A stretch of DNA of 63,921 nucleotides, filler included, from Octopus bimaculoides (Eukaryota), in assembly GCF_001194135.2 (NCBI RefSeq). It is 7 parts of 6 records of this genome, joined end to end, with 100 filler letters (N's around TTAATTAATTAA, not from the genome) between each part and the next. Parts side by side here need not be neighbours in the genome. Positions count along the whole stretch, not along the records: positions 1 to 8,581 come from NC_069002.1; positions 8,682 to 12,806 come from NC_068987.1; 5 more parts are not named here. One strand, given 5' to 3'. Made by a program: the position numbers and the translations under genes. The notes beneath the pieces were generated by a model. That model worked only from the letters and a program-made list of their open reading frames with translations, had not been told where the DNA came from and ran no database searches. Each line of letters begins with the position of its first letter. Within the stretch, counting starts at the first letter, position 1. Below, one piece after another: positions 1 to 10,444 of this stretch.

Positions 1-395
1 ATATATATATATATATATACATATATTTACCCATATGTATGTCTGTATAAATACATATATATAAAGATGGACTAACAGACAAAAGTGTGTGTAGATATAT
101 GTGTGGTTTCATAAAGGTTGTGCATTGATATCTGAGTGTAGTATCTCTCTATTTAGCTATCTGTCCATCTATTTCTGTGTGTGCGTTTGTGTTCCTGTGT
201 GTACATATACATACATATAAATTCGGTCACGTGCGCACACACACACACACTTACACACGCAGATGTTTATGTTTATCTGTGTGTATGTATGTACCAGTGT
301 GTGTGTGTGTGTGTGTGTGTGTTTGTGTATGTGTGTTTGTGTGTGCGTGTGTGTATGCGTGTGTGTGTGTGTGTGCATGTGTGCGCGCGCGCGTA
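1..395. repeat. Compound (TA)n/(CA)n/(TG)n microsatellite block
   Basis: Dinucleotide runs seen directly; the overlapping HT/CV/YI ORFs are translations of the repeat. Confidence 0.95.
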
Positions 396-764
396 TAAAG
401 AAATCAAGAGATGATAAAAGCTATATTGCCTGCTTTACACGCGATGTCCAGTTTTGCAGGGATGAAGACATACCATCAAATATACACCCGTCCACCCATC
501 AACGTTCTTATGACCGATTGGTCTCTACTAATTAATTGCCGATGGACATATTAAAAATGTCCTCATTGAAAACATGTCCATCATTAAATAGCGAAAGACG
601 TGATAGAGTCACCAACCACCAGTCTTTAGAGTAACGTCTGATCACTTATGGAGGCGGTAAACTTGAAAGATCGCTCTTGTCTGGTGGCTGAGCTTTATTT
701 CACTTTTAATTCTACGTCCCCTCCTTTATCTCGCCTGTATTATTACCGTACGTGTGTATGACTG

Positions 765-908
765 GGTCTCCGCCAGATAAAACGATGCGTGTTCCTGTTG
801 ATCCGATCAACGGAACAGCCTGCTCTTGAAATTAATGCGTCAGTGACTGACCAAGTGACGGAGCGTATCCTTAACGTAGTTCCCAGAGAGATTCGGCGTG
901 ACACAGAA
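765..908 (-). mobile_element. SINE 3'-tail fragment (diverged duplicate of the tail of the SINE at 982-1359)
   Basis: gttgatccgatcaacggaacagcctgctcttgaaattaa...ccttaacgtagttc...cgtgacacag matches 1013-1127. Confidence 0.85.
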
Positions 909-981
909 TGTGAGAAGTCTGTCTGTATATGTACATACATACATACATACATACATACATACATGTTGTTTGTTTGTTGTT

Positions 982-1359
982 GGCACTCCGTCGCTTACGA
1001 CGTCGAGGGTTCCAGTTGATCCGATCAATGGAACAGCCTGCTCGTGAAATTAACGTGCAAGTGGCTGAGCACTCCACAGACACGTGTACCCTTAACGTAG
1101 TTCTCGGGGATATTCAGCGTGACACAGTGTGACAAGGCTGACCCTTTGAATTACAGGCACAACAGAAACAGGAAGTAAGAGTGAGAGAAAGTTGTGGTGG
1201 AAGAGTACAGCAGGGTCCGCCACCATCCCCTGCCGGAGCCTCGTGGAGCTTTAGGTGCTTTCGCTCAATAAACACTCACAACGCCCGGTCTGGGAATCGA
1301 AACCGCGATCCTATGACCGCGAGTCCGCTTCTTTAACAACTGGGCCATTGCGCCTCCAC
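982..1359 (-). mobile_element. Full-length tRNA-derived SINE (head type 1 + tail X)
   Basis: Reverse complement starts gtggaggcgcaatggcccagttgtta (A-box-like) with ggtttcgattcccagacc (B-box-like), and ends gtcgtaagcgacggagtgcc followed by an (aac)-type tail. Confidence 0.85.
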
Positions 1360-1392
1360 ATACATACATACATACATACATACATACATACA

Positions 1393-1426
<34 letters not shown>

Positions 1427-1682
1427 CATAATTACAGACAGACAAAAATCCGTAAAGCTTTCCAGAAGCTTATCATTTAATTTTACATGAGCATTTCTAG
1501 ATATGCAACTATATGGATGAGAATACATACATAAAATAAAACATGCAGATCTGCATATATACATACATGCATACAAAAATATCCTGTTCATATTGCTGAA
1601 ATTCCAATGAAAGAGCTTGCGATCGAGGTTTGAAACCGGCTCTTTCTCTATTGGGAAGAAAACATGAAATAAAACTGAATAA

Positions 1683-1713
<31 letters not shown>

Positions 1714-2256
1714 CATACATACGACGTACGTAAGTACATAAAATCATACATATATATAAACATACATATATATTCACATCAATCATATATGTACACACAG
1801 ATGTTTTATCTTGAATGAGATATAAATAGCAAATGAAATTTCGAGTAAATTCTTCCTGCAGAATAATAATGCATCAAAACAGAAGACTGAAAGATTTCAC
1901 AGGAAATTTCAATCGCTATTTCTTTCTCATTCAAAATAAAACATCTCTATATAAATACATTTGATTAATCTGAAATTATGCCGTTGTGCNNNNNNNNNNN
2001 NNNNNNNNNNNNNNNNNNNNNNNNNNNNNNNNNNNNNNNNNNNNNNNNNNNNNNNNNNNNNNNNNNNNNNNNNNNNNNNNNNNNNNNNNNNNNNNNNNNN
2101 NNNNNNNNNNNNNNNNNNNNNNNNNNNNNNNNNNNNNNNNNNNNNNNNNNNNNNNNNNNNNNNNNNNNNNNNNNNNNNNNNNNNNNNNNNNNNNNNNNNN
2201 NNNNNNNNNNNNNNNNNNNNNNNNNNNNNATATATATATATATATATATATATATA

Positions 2257-3118
2257 CAAACAGATTCTAAACAATACTTACTGTTCTCTTCCTGCCATTC
2301 CAAAGACACGAAAAATAATATCCCCTTTAAACTAGCAAGAAGAATCTGCACAATTGTCTCAAATCCTGAAACTCGCAATAAAAGACTCCAGGAACTAAAA
2401 CAAGTACTACTTAAAAGACAATATCCATTAATGTTAATAGACAACGGAATAGAACGTGACAAAGCAATAAATATCGAAAGACTACGAAAACGAAAAATGC
2501 TCCAGGTATATCCAATAATCCACCATTTATTACACAACCTAAGAAACACAAAGGTTTACAATATTATCCACCAGAATATCCCACTACTAAAACAAGACCC
2601 AAGAATTAAGCAAGCATTCGAAATACACAAAATAATCAAAAGTAAAAGACAATCAAAGTCCCTCAAAAATTTCCTTACAAGTGCTAAATCATCTTCCACC
2701 ATTCCTGCACCAACAGTCATAAAGTGTGGCCGCCCCAATTGCAGGACCCACACCAACCTTATTGAAGACACTACAAACAAATTCAAATCAGAACAGACTT
2801 TTACCGTAAAAAATCACTTTACATGCCCTTCAGAGAATTTAATATACGCTATCAAATGTCAAGGACGTAATGAAGATTAAATAGGTCAAACAGAGCTTAC
2901 TCTAAGAAATAGACTGACCATTCACCAACAACAAATACGAGACCCCAGTACTAGCCAGATTGCACTGAGTAGTCACACAGACATAAGTGCAAAAAATAAG
3001 CCCCCAAATTCCAAGTCTTCCTACTCTACCTATGTTCAGCGAATACCACAGATTAAGCACGGATAAACAAAAAAATAATTTCATACAAAAGTACAAACCA
3101 AGACTTAACAAGCTTTAA
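2257..3118 (+). pseudogene. Penelope-like element (Neptune-type): RT thumb + Cys linker + GIY-YIG endonuclease, decayed
   Basis: Translation TDSKQYLLFSSCHSKDTKNNIPFKLARRICTIVS (PLE RT C-terminus), KCGRPNC (Neptune linker Zn motif), NLIYAIKCQGRNED*IGQTELTLRNRLTIH (GIY-YIG; a stop at 2878-2880 replaces the Y of YIG), ending FIQKYKPRLNKL*. The 5' part is lost in a gap. Confidence 0.9.
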
Positions 3119-3760
3119 CAGAGTACATACACAAATCACACACTGATTCTGCCGCTTATCATGAGGAACCTACACAGCTAACAACCTAAACTCTAGTCCA
3201 CTCACCCGCCAGACAGATTAAATTTGGAATATCTTGATTAAAACAAAACATGTTCACTCAATCGTGTCGGCCTTCTTTTTAGGCACAAAATATACTGTCA
3301 CGTGACACTAGCGCACGGACATAGCGGGAAACGTACAAAAGGTTATAAACTTAATCATGTGTTCATTCTCTACAAACACTTGACAGAAAACATTCAGAGC
3401 ATTGATTGTTTGGACTTTTTCAATTAACCGTGTCAACCTTAACTTATGACACCAAACACTGTCACTTGACACTAACACACGGACGTAGCGGGGAACCTAA
3501 AAAAATTTCTAAGACCAGTTATGTAACTATCCTCTACCAATCAAATCCTATTCAAAACATATACTAATTTGAGCCATGAACTCCCTATAAAAAAAGGGCA
3601 AACTTCAAACACTAGTCAGAAGCAAGACAGCTGCAACATAAGCCACGTCTTTCTATTTGAAGTTTTTGAAAATCGGTGCAAACTGCGAAACCGGTTAAAG
3701 CTTTAAATATATCAATAAAAGATATTTTAACTATTCCCAGTGCATTTTCAACTTCTATGT
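3119..3760 (+). mobile_element. 3' region / pseudo-LTR of the Neptune-type PLE
   Basis: Directly follows the GIY-YIG stop. Contains a ~34-bp direct repeat (3296-3328 / 3459-3492) and a hammerhead-type half-site GAAACCGGTT (3687-3696) followed by AATAAA. Confidence 0.6.
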
Positions 3761-3985
3761 TTCCTATATTTCTACCCGTGGGGAATAAAATAACTTTGTT
3801 TTCGAAATATATATTCNNNNNNNNNNNNNNNNNNNNNNNNNNNNNNNNNNNNNNNNNNNNNNNNNNNNNNNNNNNNNNNNNNNNNNNNNNNNNNNNNNNN
3901 NNNNNNNNNNNNNNNNNNNNNNNNNNNNNNNNNNNNNNNNNNNNNNNNNNNNNNNNNNNNNNNNNNNNNNNNNNNNNNNNNNNNN

Positions 3986-4018
<33 letters not shown>

Positions 4019-4113
4019 ATTTGGGGATGGTCGTATTGCCATTTTAGCCAATAAAAATACACGCACTATATATTTGGTGTTCACTTGCTTCAACTTTATT
4101 TTAACCGTGTTTC

Positions 4114-4158
4114 GGCCAGAGTTCTTTCGTCACACTTCTGTGATTTCATCAGTGGTCC
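4114..4158 (-). ncRNA. Minimal type I hammerhead ribozyme-like motif (PLE pLTR type)
   Basis: Minus strand ggacca-CTGATGA-aa-tcaca(gaag)tgtga-c-GAAAG-aa-CTC-tggcc: intact core, 5-bp stem II, CUC triplet, stem I with one bulge. Confidence 0.6.
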
Positions 4159-4651
4159 TTTGCTGTCTTCTTTCTTTTTTGTGTGTCTTTCCTTACTAAT
4201 GATCAGCCATTTTGTATTCCTATTGTATGTGTCTTTATTTGCGCATGCGTATATTCCTGTGTGTGTCTATGTTTAGTAAGTGTGTGTGAGGGATATGTGC
4301 CTGTAATATCAGTATCCCCTGTTTATACACGTTCGTTTAATTTGCTTTTATTTATTTTGCTCATTTGCTTATTTATATCTGCTTATTTTTTTCTTTGCTT
4401 TCTTTTTTGTATTTAATTTAATTTATTTTGTTAATGTATATAGTTATTTAGTTCCATTTAAATGGAACTAAATAACTATATACATTAGCAAAATAAATTA
4501 AATTAAATTAAATACAATTCCTGTTTAACAAAAAACTTGACGTAATAGAAAATTTCTGAGGGCATTTCTGAAGCCAGAACCATTCAAATTAGGTAGGATT
4601 AATTGTAAAAACCAAGAAACACTAAAATATTTTTCAACAATGTTACCCAGT

Positions 4652-5130
4652 GTAATCAGATGGAGCAATTTCTGGCGAATATGGTGGGTGGGGCATCGTT
4701 TCCCATTCAAACTGCACCAGCCTCTGGAATGTCACCTTCGCTGTATGTGGTCAAGCATTATCCTGATGGAAGAACACCTTTCATCTTGAAACCAAAGATA
4801 GTCATTTTTCTTCTAGCGTTGACTTTAATGACTGGTTGAGTGACCAAATCCAAGCATCTCTGCTACTTCTTCAACAGTTACGATGGGATTTTGTTCCAAC
4901 AGGGTTTATAGGACATCCTCATCGAGCTCTACGGATCATCCAGCACGAAGCTTATCTTCTAGGCTACAGTTTCCGGCTCGGAATTTCTGGAACCACCGTT
5001 GACACTGGTTTATGCCTATTGTCTGAACCCCATATACTGCATCAATAACCCTTGCACTTTCCGTTGCGTTGTTGCCTTTATTGAACCCATGAAGCAAAAT
5101 ATGCCGAATATGCTCCTTTGTCACTTTCAA
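4652..5130 (-). mobile_element. Internally deleted mariner (Mos1-like) transposase remnant
   Basis: N-terminal HTH (KVTKEHIRHILLHGFNKGNNATESAR...CQRWFQKFRAG, 4936-5130) lies close to catalytic FHQDNA*PH...PHPPYSPEIAPSDY (4652-4775); most of the DDD domain is missing. Confidence 0.9.
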
Positions 5131-5399
5131 TATAGCCCTGAAAAATAACTGTTAAAATTGAACTGTACTCTCCAAAACTTGCACTAAGAATAAGTACAAG
5201 GAAAAATTACTACCTGCTTTTATAGCAAGTTGATGTAGATAGTTTATCCCATCCTCCTCCGTTTTAGTTTATGGAACTGAAAAAAACCGCATTATTTACG
5301 GGATGACCCACTATATTCTACTTTCCTAATTATTCACCGTCTGACGGCTTATTTCTAAATCACACATTCTGTATCTGATTCTGTATCAAATCCACCAAC

Positions 5400-5497
5400 A
5401 AGGCTTTAGTCAACCTGAGGCTACAGTAGAAGACACTTGCGCAAGGGGCCTCGCAGTGGGACTGAACTTGGAACCATGTAGCTGGGAAGCAAACCTC
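5400..5497 (-). mobile_element. 5' fragment of the microsatellite-containing SINE family
   Basis: Reverse-complement match to 12245-12335 (ggttcagtcccactgcg...caagtgtcttcta..gtagcctcagg). Confidence 0.8.
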
Positions 5498-5504
5498 TCT
5501 ATAT

Positions 5505-5549
<45 letters not shown>

Positions 5550-6759
5550 AACTTACTGTTACATAACTAAATATCCATATATACACATGTGTGTGTGAAA
5601 ATGCGCGCGCACACACATCCATCATACCCCATATTTATTATGAACTGGAAGCATCAATGTGAAGTTGATAATTGTTGTGAATGAGATATGATATTGAAGT
5701 AAGGTGTTCGCGATGGGGTGTGATGGTGAGCGGGCGATGACGATGAGGGGGCGGTTAGCTGCTGGCATTTCTCAGAAATCGGTACAGAAAATCATGATGT
5801 GTAGCAGATATTGTAAAGTCTCAACAGATGGTGTGAAGGGGAGGTTTGCTACCAACCAGGATAGGTTAACCACTTTACACTGAGTGAGTGGCGGATGTCA
5901 GCTGTCTTACGAGAACCACAACAATTGTTATAACAAACAAATGACGATCAACAACAACAACAACCACAACATCAGCAGTAGCAACAACAACAACAGTGAT
6001 AACAAAAAACTGACGATCTACAACAGTAACATCTTGAACAATAAGAGCAACAACAACTGCAACAACACTGCCAACACAACTAGAAAACCAATATGGGAGA
6101 CAACATGAAAACCATAAAAGGAAAATAATAGCTTTGGGGGTAAATTAATGATCGCTTGTCGTAAGGATCCCTACCTTAAAATATCAGAAGACTCCCTGTT
6201 GTGAGATGGAGCTTTATTTCGACGAGATCATATTTCATCAGATTCATGATACTTATCGTTGATCGTGGGGGCCTTCTCTTCGAAATTGTTTGAGAAACGT
6301 TCGCAGACACTCTACCCCACTGTCTACCCTCCACAAACAGGGGGAATGTTGTTCACTTGAACAATATTGTTAAACATATTTTTCTTTTAAATATAAGAAC
6401 TTGTTAGTTTGATGAAGATTGTTAAATAAACACGAAACTCGACAGTTCCAGCTTCGTCCCTCGTGGGCCCAATTCAATAGTGAGACTAGGTGGATAAAGA
6501 TATGAGTCGTTTATATATCATTCTGTGTTGGGGGTGCCTTAGTAATAACTGTCGAGCCGTCAACAGGGTCCAATTATCCTCTGTTATCTTTTATCTCTTA
6601 GTCAGAGAGGAAAGTCAGCGTTCCTAACCATTTTTAGAGTTTCCAAGACTGGTGGAAGAAAGAAAAGAAAAAACCTCGAACTGGAAGTCTGATCTGAAAG
6701 CTTGAAACAGAGTGAAGTCTGGTAAACTTAGCCAAGGACCAGATGAGTGTGTTAAACAT

Positions 6760-7020
6760 AGACTGTTTAGATTAGTGCTGCCACCCAGGTAGGCCACGGC
6801 GGGATTTGAACTCACGATGTAAAAAACAAGAAAACAAAAGTATACGGTAAGACATCATGTCCAATGTCTAACGATTAGTTTAGTTCAATGATGCTATATT
6901 TGTCAGCACCAGAAGGATAAAGGATTATATTGAGCCTAGTGAAATTTGAACTCTAAATGCAAGGCACCGGAATAAGTAGCACATGACATTTCACCTGACG
7001 CTCTCACGATTTTGCTAATT
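6760..7020 (-). mobile_element. Two degenerate SINE heads (ggcgagctggcagaa family)
   Basis: ggatttgaactcacgatgt and gaaatttgaactctaaatgc are reverse-complement B-box-like segments of the family seen intact at 51775-52220. Confidence 0.55.
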
Positions 7021-8399
7021 AGCTGCCTCATTAGCTTTGTTAGTCTCAAGTTTTCTGTATTTGTCAACACCAAGATGAATGGATTCTGATGAATTGCTTA
7101 GTATCATACCGATTGATTAAATCCTCATCGTAATCTACCAAAAAGACCCCCCATGGGCTTAATTTCACGACGGGACTAAATATACAGGGATATGAGTCCA
7201 TATATTTCTGCTACTTTTTGCTTTGACATGGATTGACGAGTGTTCACACCACTAACGAGCAGTGAAAGGATAAAATATAAATAATCTCGGGATAAGATGC
7301 TAACGCCTTGTAAACCATTTCTATTATATTTTGTTTTTATTTCTTAATCCGTTATATGAGATGTGTCGCGTCGATAAACTTGCCCAAGTGAAAGGTCTTT
7401 AAAGTGATAACAAGCCAAAAATTGATGTACTTTGCCTGATATCAGTTGTGTTAGGAAATGAATAAAATCAAAATAAAACAAAACCTGCTAACCTCGTCTC
7501 TTTCAGTAACACAAACAATACAACCCTTCCAGATATCATAAAATAAACATTGTAGTTCCCTCCTTCATGTACCTCAACCGGTTAAAATCCTCAAATAGTG
7601 GGCCTAGCAATTTCTAATGATCTTTCTGCAGATCTCATATATAACCTTAGCTAAAAAATTGTGTTCCAGAGCTTTTCTCTTCCTTCAGGACCAGAAAACC
7701 TCTTGACTCTGAAAATATCAAAAAAGAGACATTGGATTGCAACACATATATCTGGGACAGTGTTGCTGCTATCCACTCAAACATCGAAGACTGCATTCTA
7801 AAGAAGATCGCTTGATTCTAACATCTACAGTGCCTCTTTTATCTCCACAATAATCCGATGCTCCTCATTGTTTCTTGCTGTCTCTCTCCAGAACCACCCG
7901 ATATCTCTGTATATTTTCTCACTACAATGATGTACAGAATAATAGACATGTCACTTTTGTATGCTAATAGTTAGCATAGCAAGGTTAATAGAGGCCGTTT
8001 GAATAGATTAAATTATTGTTGGACAATTTGAGCCTAACCTGTAGCGGGCTCTCGTCCTTTGTTGGAATGTAATGATGGTGATGAAGAGTGTAAAGGACCT
8101 AGTGAAGGTTGTTAAATCAAATGACAGATCAAGCCAACTCCGCAAGAATTCAAAAGAGGAAAATAAATTTAAGAACTTAATTACTTGGATTAATTAATAA
8201 AGAAAAGTAAATCAGGTCTTTGAGGTGGCAAAGAAGCATTAATTCCTTCTTAATTAGTCTTATTTTCTTAAAATTACTACTTGTCTTTGTTTGATATTTT
8301 GCACACAAAGGGATATTCGAAAAAATAATCATATGATTAAGAATTTATAGAGTCGGTCATTAAACAGATGATCAATTTGTTAGGTTTAATTAAGCTCTC

Positions 8400-8550
8400 T
8401 TTAAGCTCTTTTATTCTTGATTATACACTCACCCTCCACCAATAACAAAAATATACCTTACACTTTTTAAGGATTAAAAAATCCTATCTCTAACCTGCAG
8501 AGTATCTCCAAACACACAGACAGACACCATTACGCATTTATGAATATAGA
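8400..8550 (-). mobile_element. Helitron-like 5' terminus
   Basis: Minus strand reads A^TCtatattcataaatgcgtaatggtgtctgtctgtgtg: a TC start after A followed by (tgtc)n, as is typical of animal non-autonomous Helitrons. Inner boundary unknown. Confidence 0.45.
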
Positions 8551-8581
8551 TATATTTATATATTCCCCTTTATCAGATATT

Positions 8582-8681
8582 NNNNNNNNNNNNNNNNNNN
8601 NNNNNNNNNNNNNNNNNNNNNNNNNTTAATTAATTAANNNNNNNNNNNNNNNNNNNNNNNNNNNNNNNNNNNNNNNNNNNN
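8582..8681. other. Artificial scaffold spacer (44 N + TTAATTAATTAA + 44 N)
   Basis: Exact 100-bp structure repeated six times in the window; the 12-mer has stops in all six frames. Confidence 0.97.
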
Positions 8682-8875
8682 TATATATATATATATATAT
8701 ATGACGGGCTTGGAGGTAGTGGTGATACTGGCTGCTGCGATTTTGTAGTTTGCTAGTATGCCGAGAGAGATCCAGTGAGCCCCTAACTAGTTCCCCGATC
8801 TTAAAGGTGTAATGTGGATGTGTAACGATGGAGCGGCTGGTGAGGTGGTGATGCTAACTGGTGCAGTGGTTTTCC

Positions 8876-9180
8876 TCACTGTACTTCATAGTAGACAATA
8901 TTTTGTGTGTATGTCGACCACGTTTTTGCCCTTGTCTGTTACTCCAATTGAGTGCCATAATTCTTACTTTGATATTGTTCATAGTTCGTGCTCGTGAAAA
9001 TGCGACATATAATTGGCCATGAGAAAATACCGGTTGAGGCAAATGTATTCCAACTTTTTCAAATGTTTGCCCTTGCGTTTTATTAATTATTGCATATGCA
9101 AGTCGAAATGGAAACTAAAGTCTGTTTAGCGTAAATGGAATATCTGCATCATTTGGGCTAAGTTTAATTCTGGGAATTAG
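8876..9180 (-). pseudogene. Helitron RepHel PIF1-type helicase C-terminus, decayed
   Basis: One frame reads [64 protein letters not shown] (helicase motifs V/VI); a shifted frame ends [10 protein letters not shown]. Confidence 0.92.
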
Positions 9181-9189
9181 AACTGTACG

Positions 9190-9420
9190 ACCTCTGTTGG
9201 AGGCCCGACATTTTGGGAGAGGGGGCCAATCGATTAAATCGACCCAGGACGCAGCTGGTGCTTAATTTATCGACCCCGAAAGAATGAAAGGCAAAGTCGA
9301 CCTCGGCGGAATTTGAACTCAGAACATAAAGACAGACGAAATACCAGTGAAACACTGGGATCGATGTAATCGACTAGTCCCCTCCCCCCAAATTTCAAGG
9401 CCTTGTGCCTTCAGTTTGAA
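9190..9420. mobile_element. SINE minus-strand part fused to a plus-strand 3' half of the same family
   Basis: 9190-9345 is the reverse complement of the family body; 9345-9420 (ccagtgaaacactgggatcgatgtaatcgac...ggccttgtgcct) is in plus orientation. Confidence 0.75.
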
Positions 9421-9999
9421 AGGATAACAACAACAAAAACAACAACAACAACAGCACCACCAACAATAATAATAATAATATTAATAATAATATTAATAAT
9501 AATAATAAGAAGAAGAAGAAGAAGATGAAGAAATGTTACCGCAAATGGTTGAGCTTCATATCCATACTGGTACAGGATGGCGTTGAAAACTGTCAAAATG
9601 GTAATTAATTCCGAAGCAAACATTCTGTAGCTTGTTTTCAAGTCGTCGTCGTTAATACAAATAAATTGAATGGAGAAACACACGGAAGCGGATATGGACT
9701 CGCCTAGACACTTAGAACAAGCATATATGTATGTATGTATGTTTCTAGTGATATTCCAAAAGCAATAGTTTTCCAAGAATCAGTTTTCCAAGAATCAGTT
9801 TTCCGAGAAACAGTTTTCTGAGAAATATTCTATGTAAACAATTCGTGCACCACAGATAGTTTGACAAACATACTTTGAATATATATTACGCACTAAAAAT
9901 AATTTTCTTCTCCTCACTTTCACTTTTATATTCGCACACATATACACACATGGGCACACAATATCTATATAGTTACGTGTGTGTGCGTGTGTGTGTATG

Positions 10000-10200
10000 T
10001 GTGTGTGTGTGTGTCTATGCTTGTCCTCCCACCGATATTAGTGTGTTTACATCTCCGTAACTTAGCGGTTCGGCAAAAGAGACCGGTAGAATAAGTACTA
10101 GGCTTACAAAGAATGAGTCCTGGGGTTGATTTGTTCGACTAAAGGCAGTGCTCCAGCATGGCTGTAGTCAAATGACTGAAACAAATAAAAGAATAAAAGA
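10000..10200 (+). mobile_element. 3' half of the microsatellite-containing SINE
   Basis: ccgtaacttagcggttcggcaaaagagaccg...gtgctccagcatggc..agtcaaatgactgaaac, as at 12512-12650. Confidence 0.9.
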
Positions 10201-10444
10201 AATGTATATATACTGTGTATAAATACCAAACGCTTTAATGGGACTCTAAAGTCAAACTACTTCAATAAGTATACACACGTGCCGACATCGATTATACATG
10301 CATCGATTATACATGGGCACCGTTAATCGAAAAGTTAACTTCGTTAATCGTTAATCCGTTAATTCTATGAAAATGTAACGGAAGTTAACGTTAATCCGTT
10401 AACGTTAACCTTTACTGAAAATAGGCATAACTATAGTTTAATAC

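Noticed and set aside
615-690. Hammerhead-like CTGATCA...GAAAGATC
   Set aside because: The core G8 is altered and there is no convincing stem II.
1290-1359. tRNA genes at SINE heads (also 20430-20510 and 62372-62450)
   Set aside because: A/B boxes are present, but the sequence runs straight into SINE bodies and no complete cloverleaf could be built.
1600-1660. CCAATGA...GAAACCGG motif
   Set aside because: No CUGANGA core or stem I could be assigned.
6397-6450. TTGATGA...GAAACTCGAC motif
   Set aside because: Core, cleavage triplet and stem I register are all imperfect; possibly an old pLTR but not supportable.
7560-7960. Stop-poor minus-strand reading frame
   Set aside because: No recognisable motif; possibly an old TE but cannot be assigned.
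8626-8637. TTAATTAATTAA as a homeodomain or regulatory site
   Set aside because: It is always centred in an identical N block, so it is an assembly spacer.
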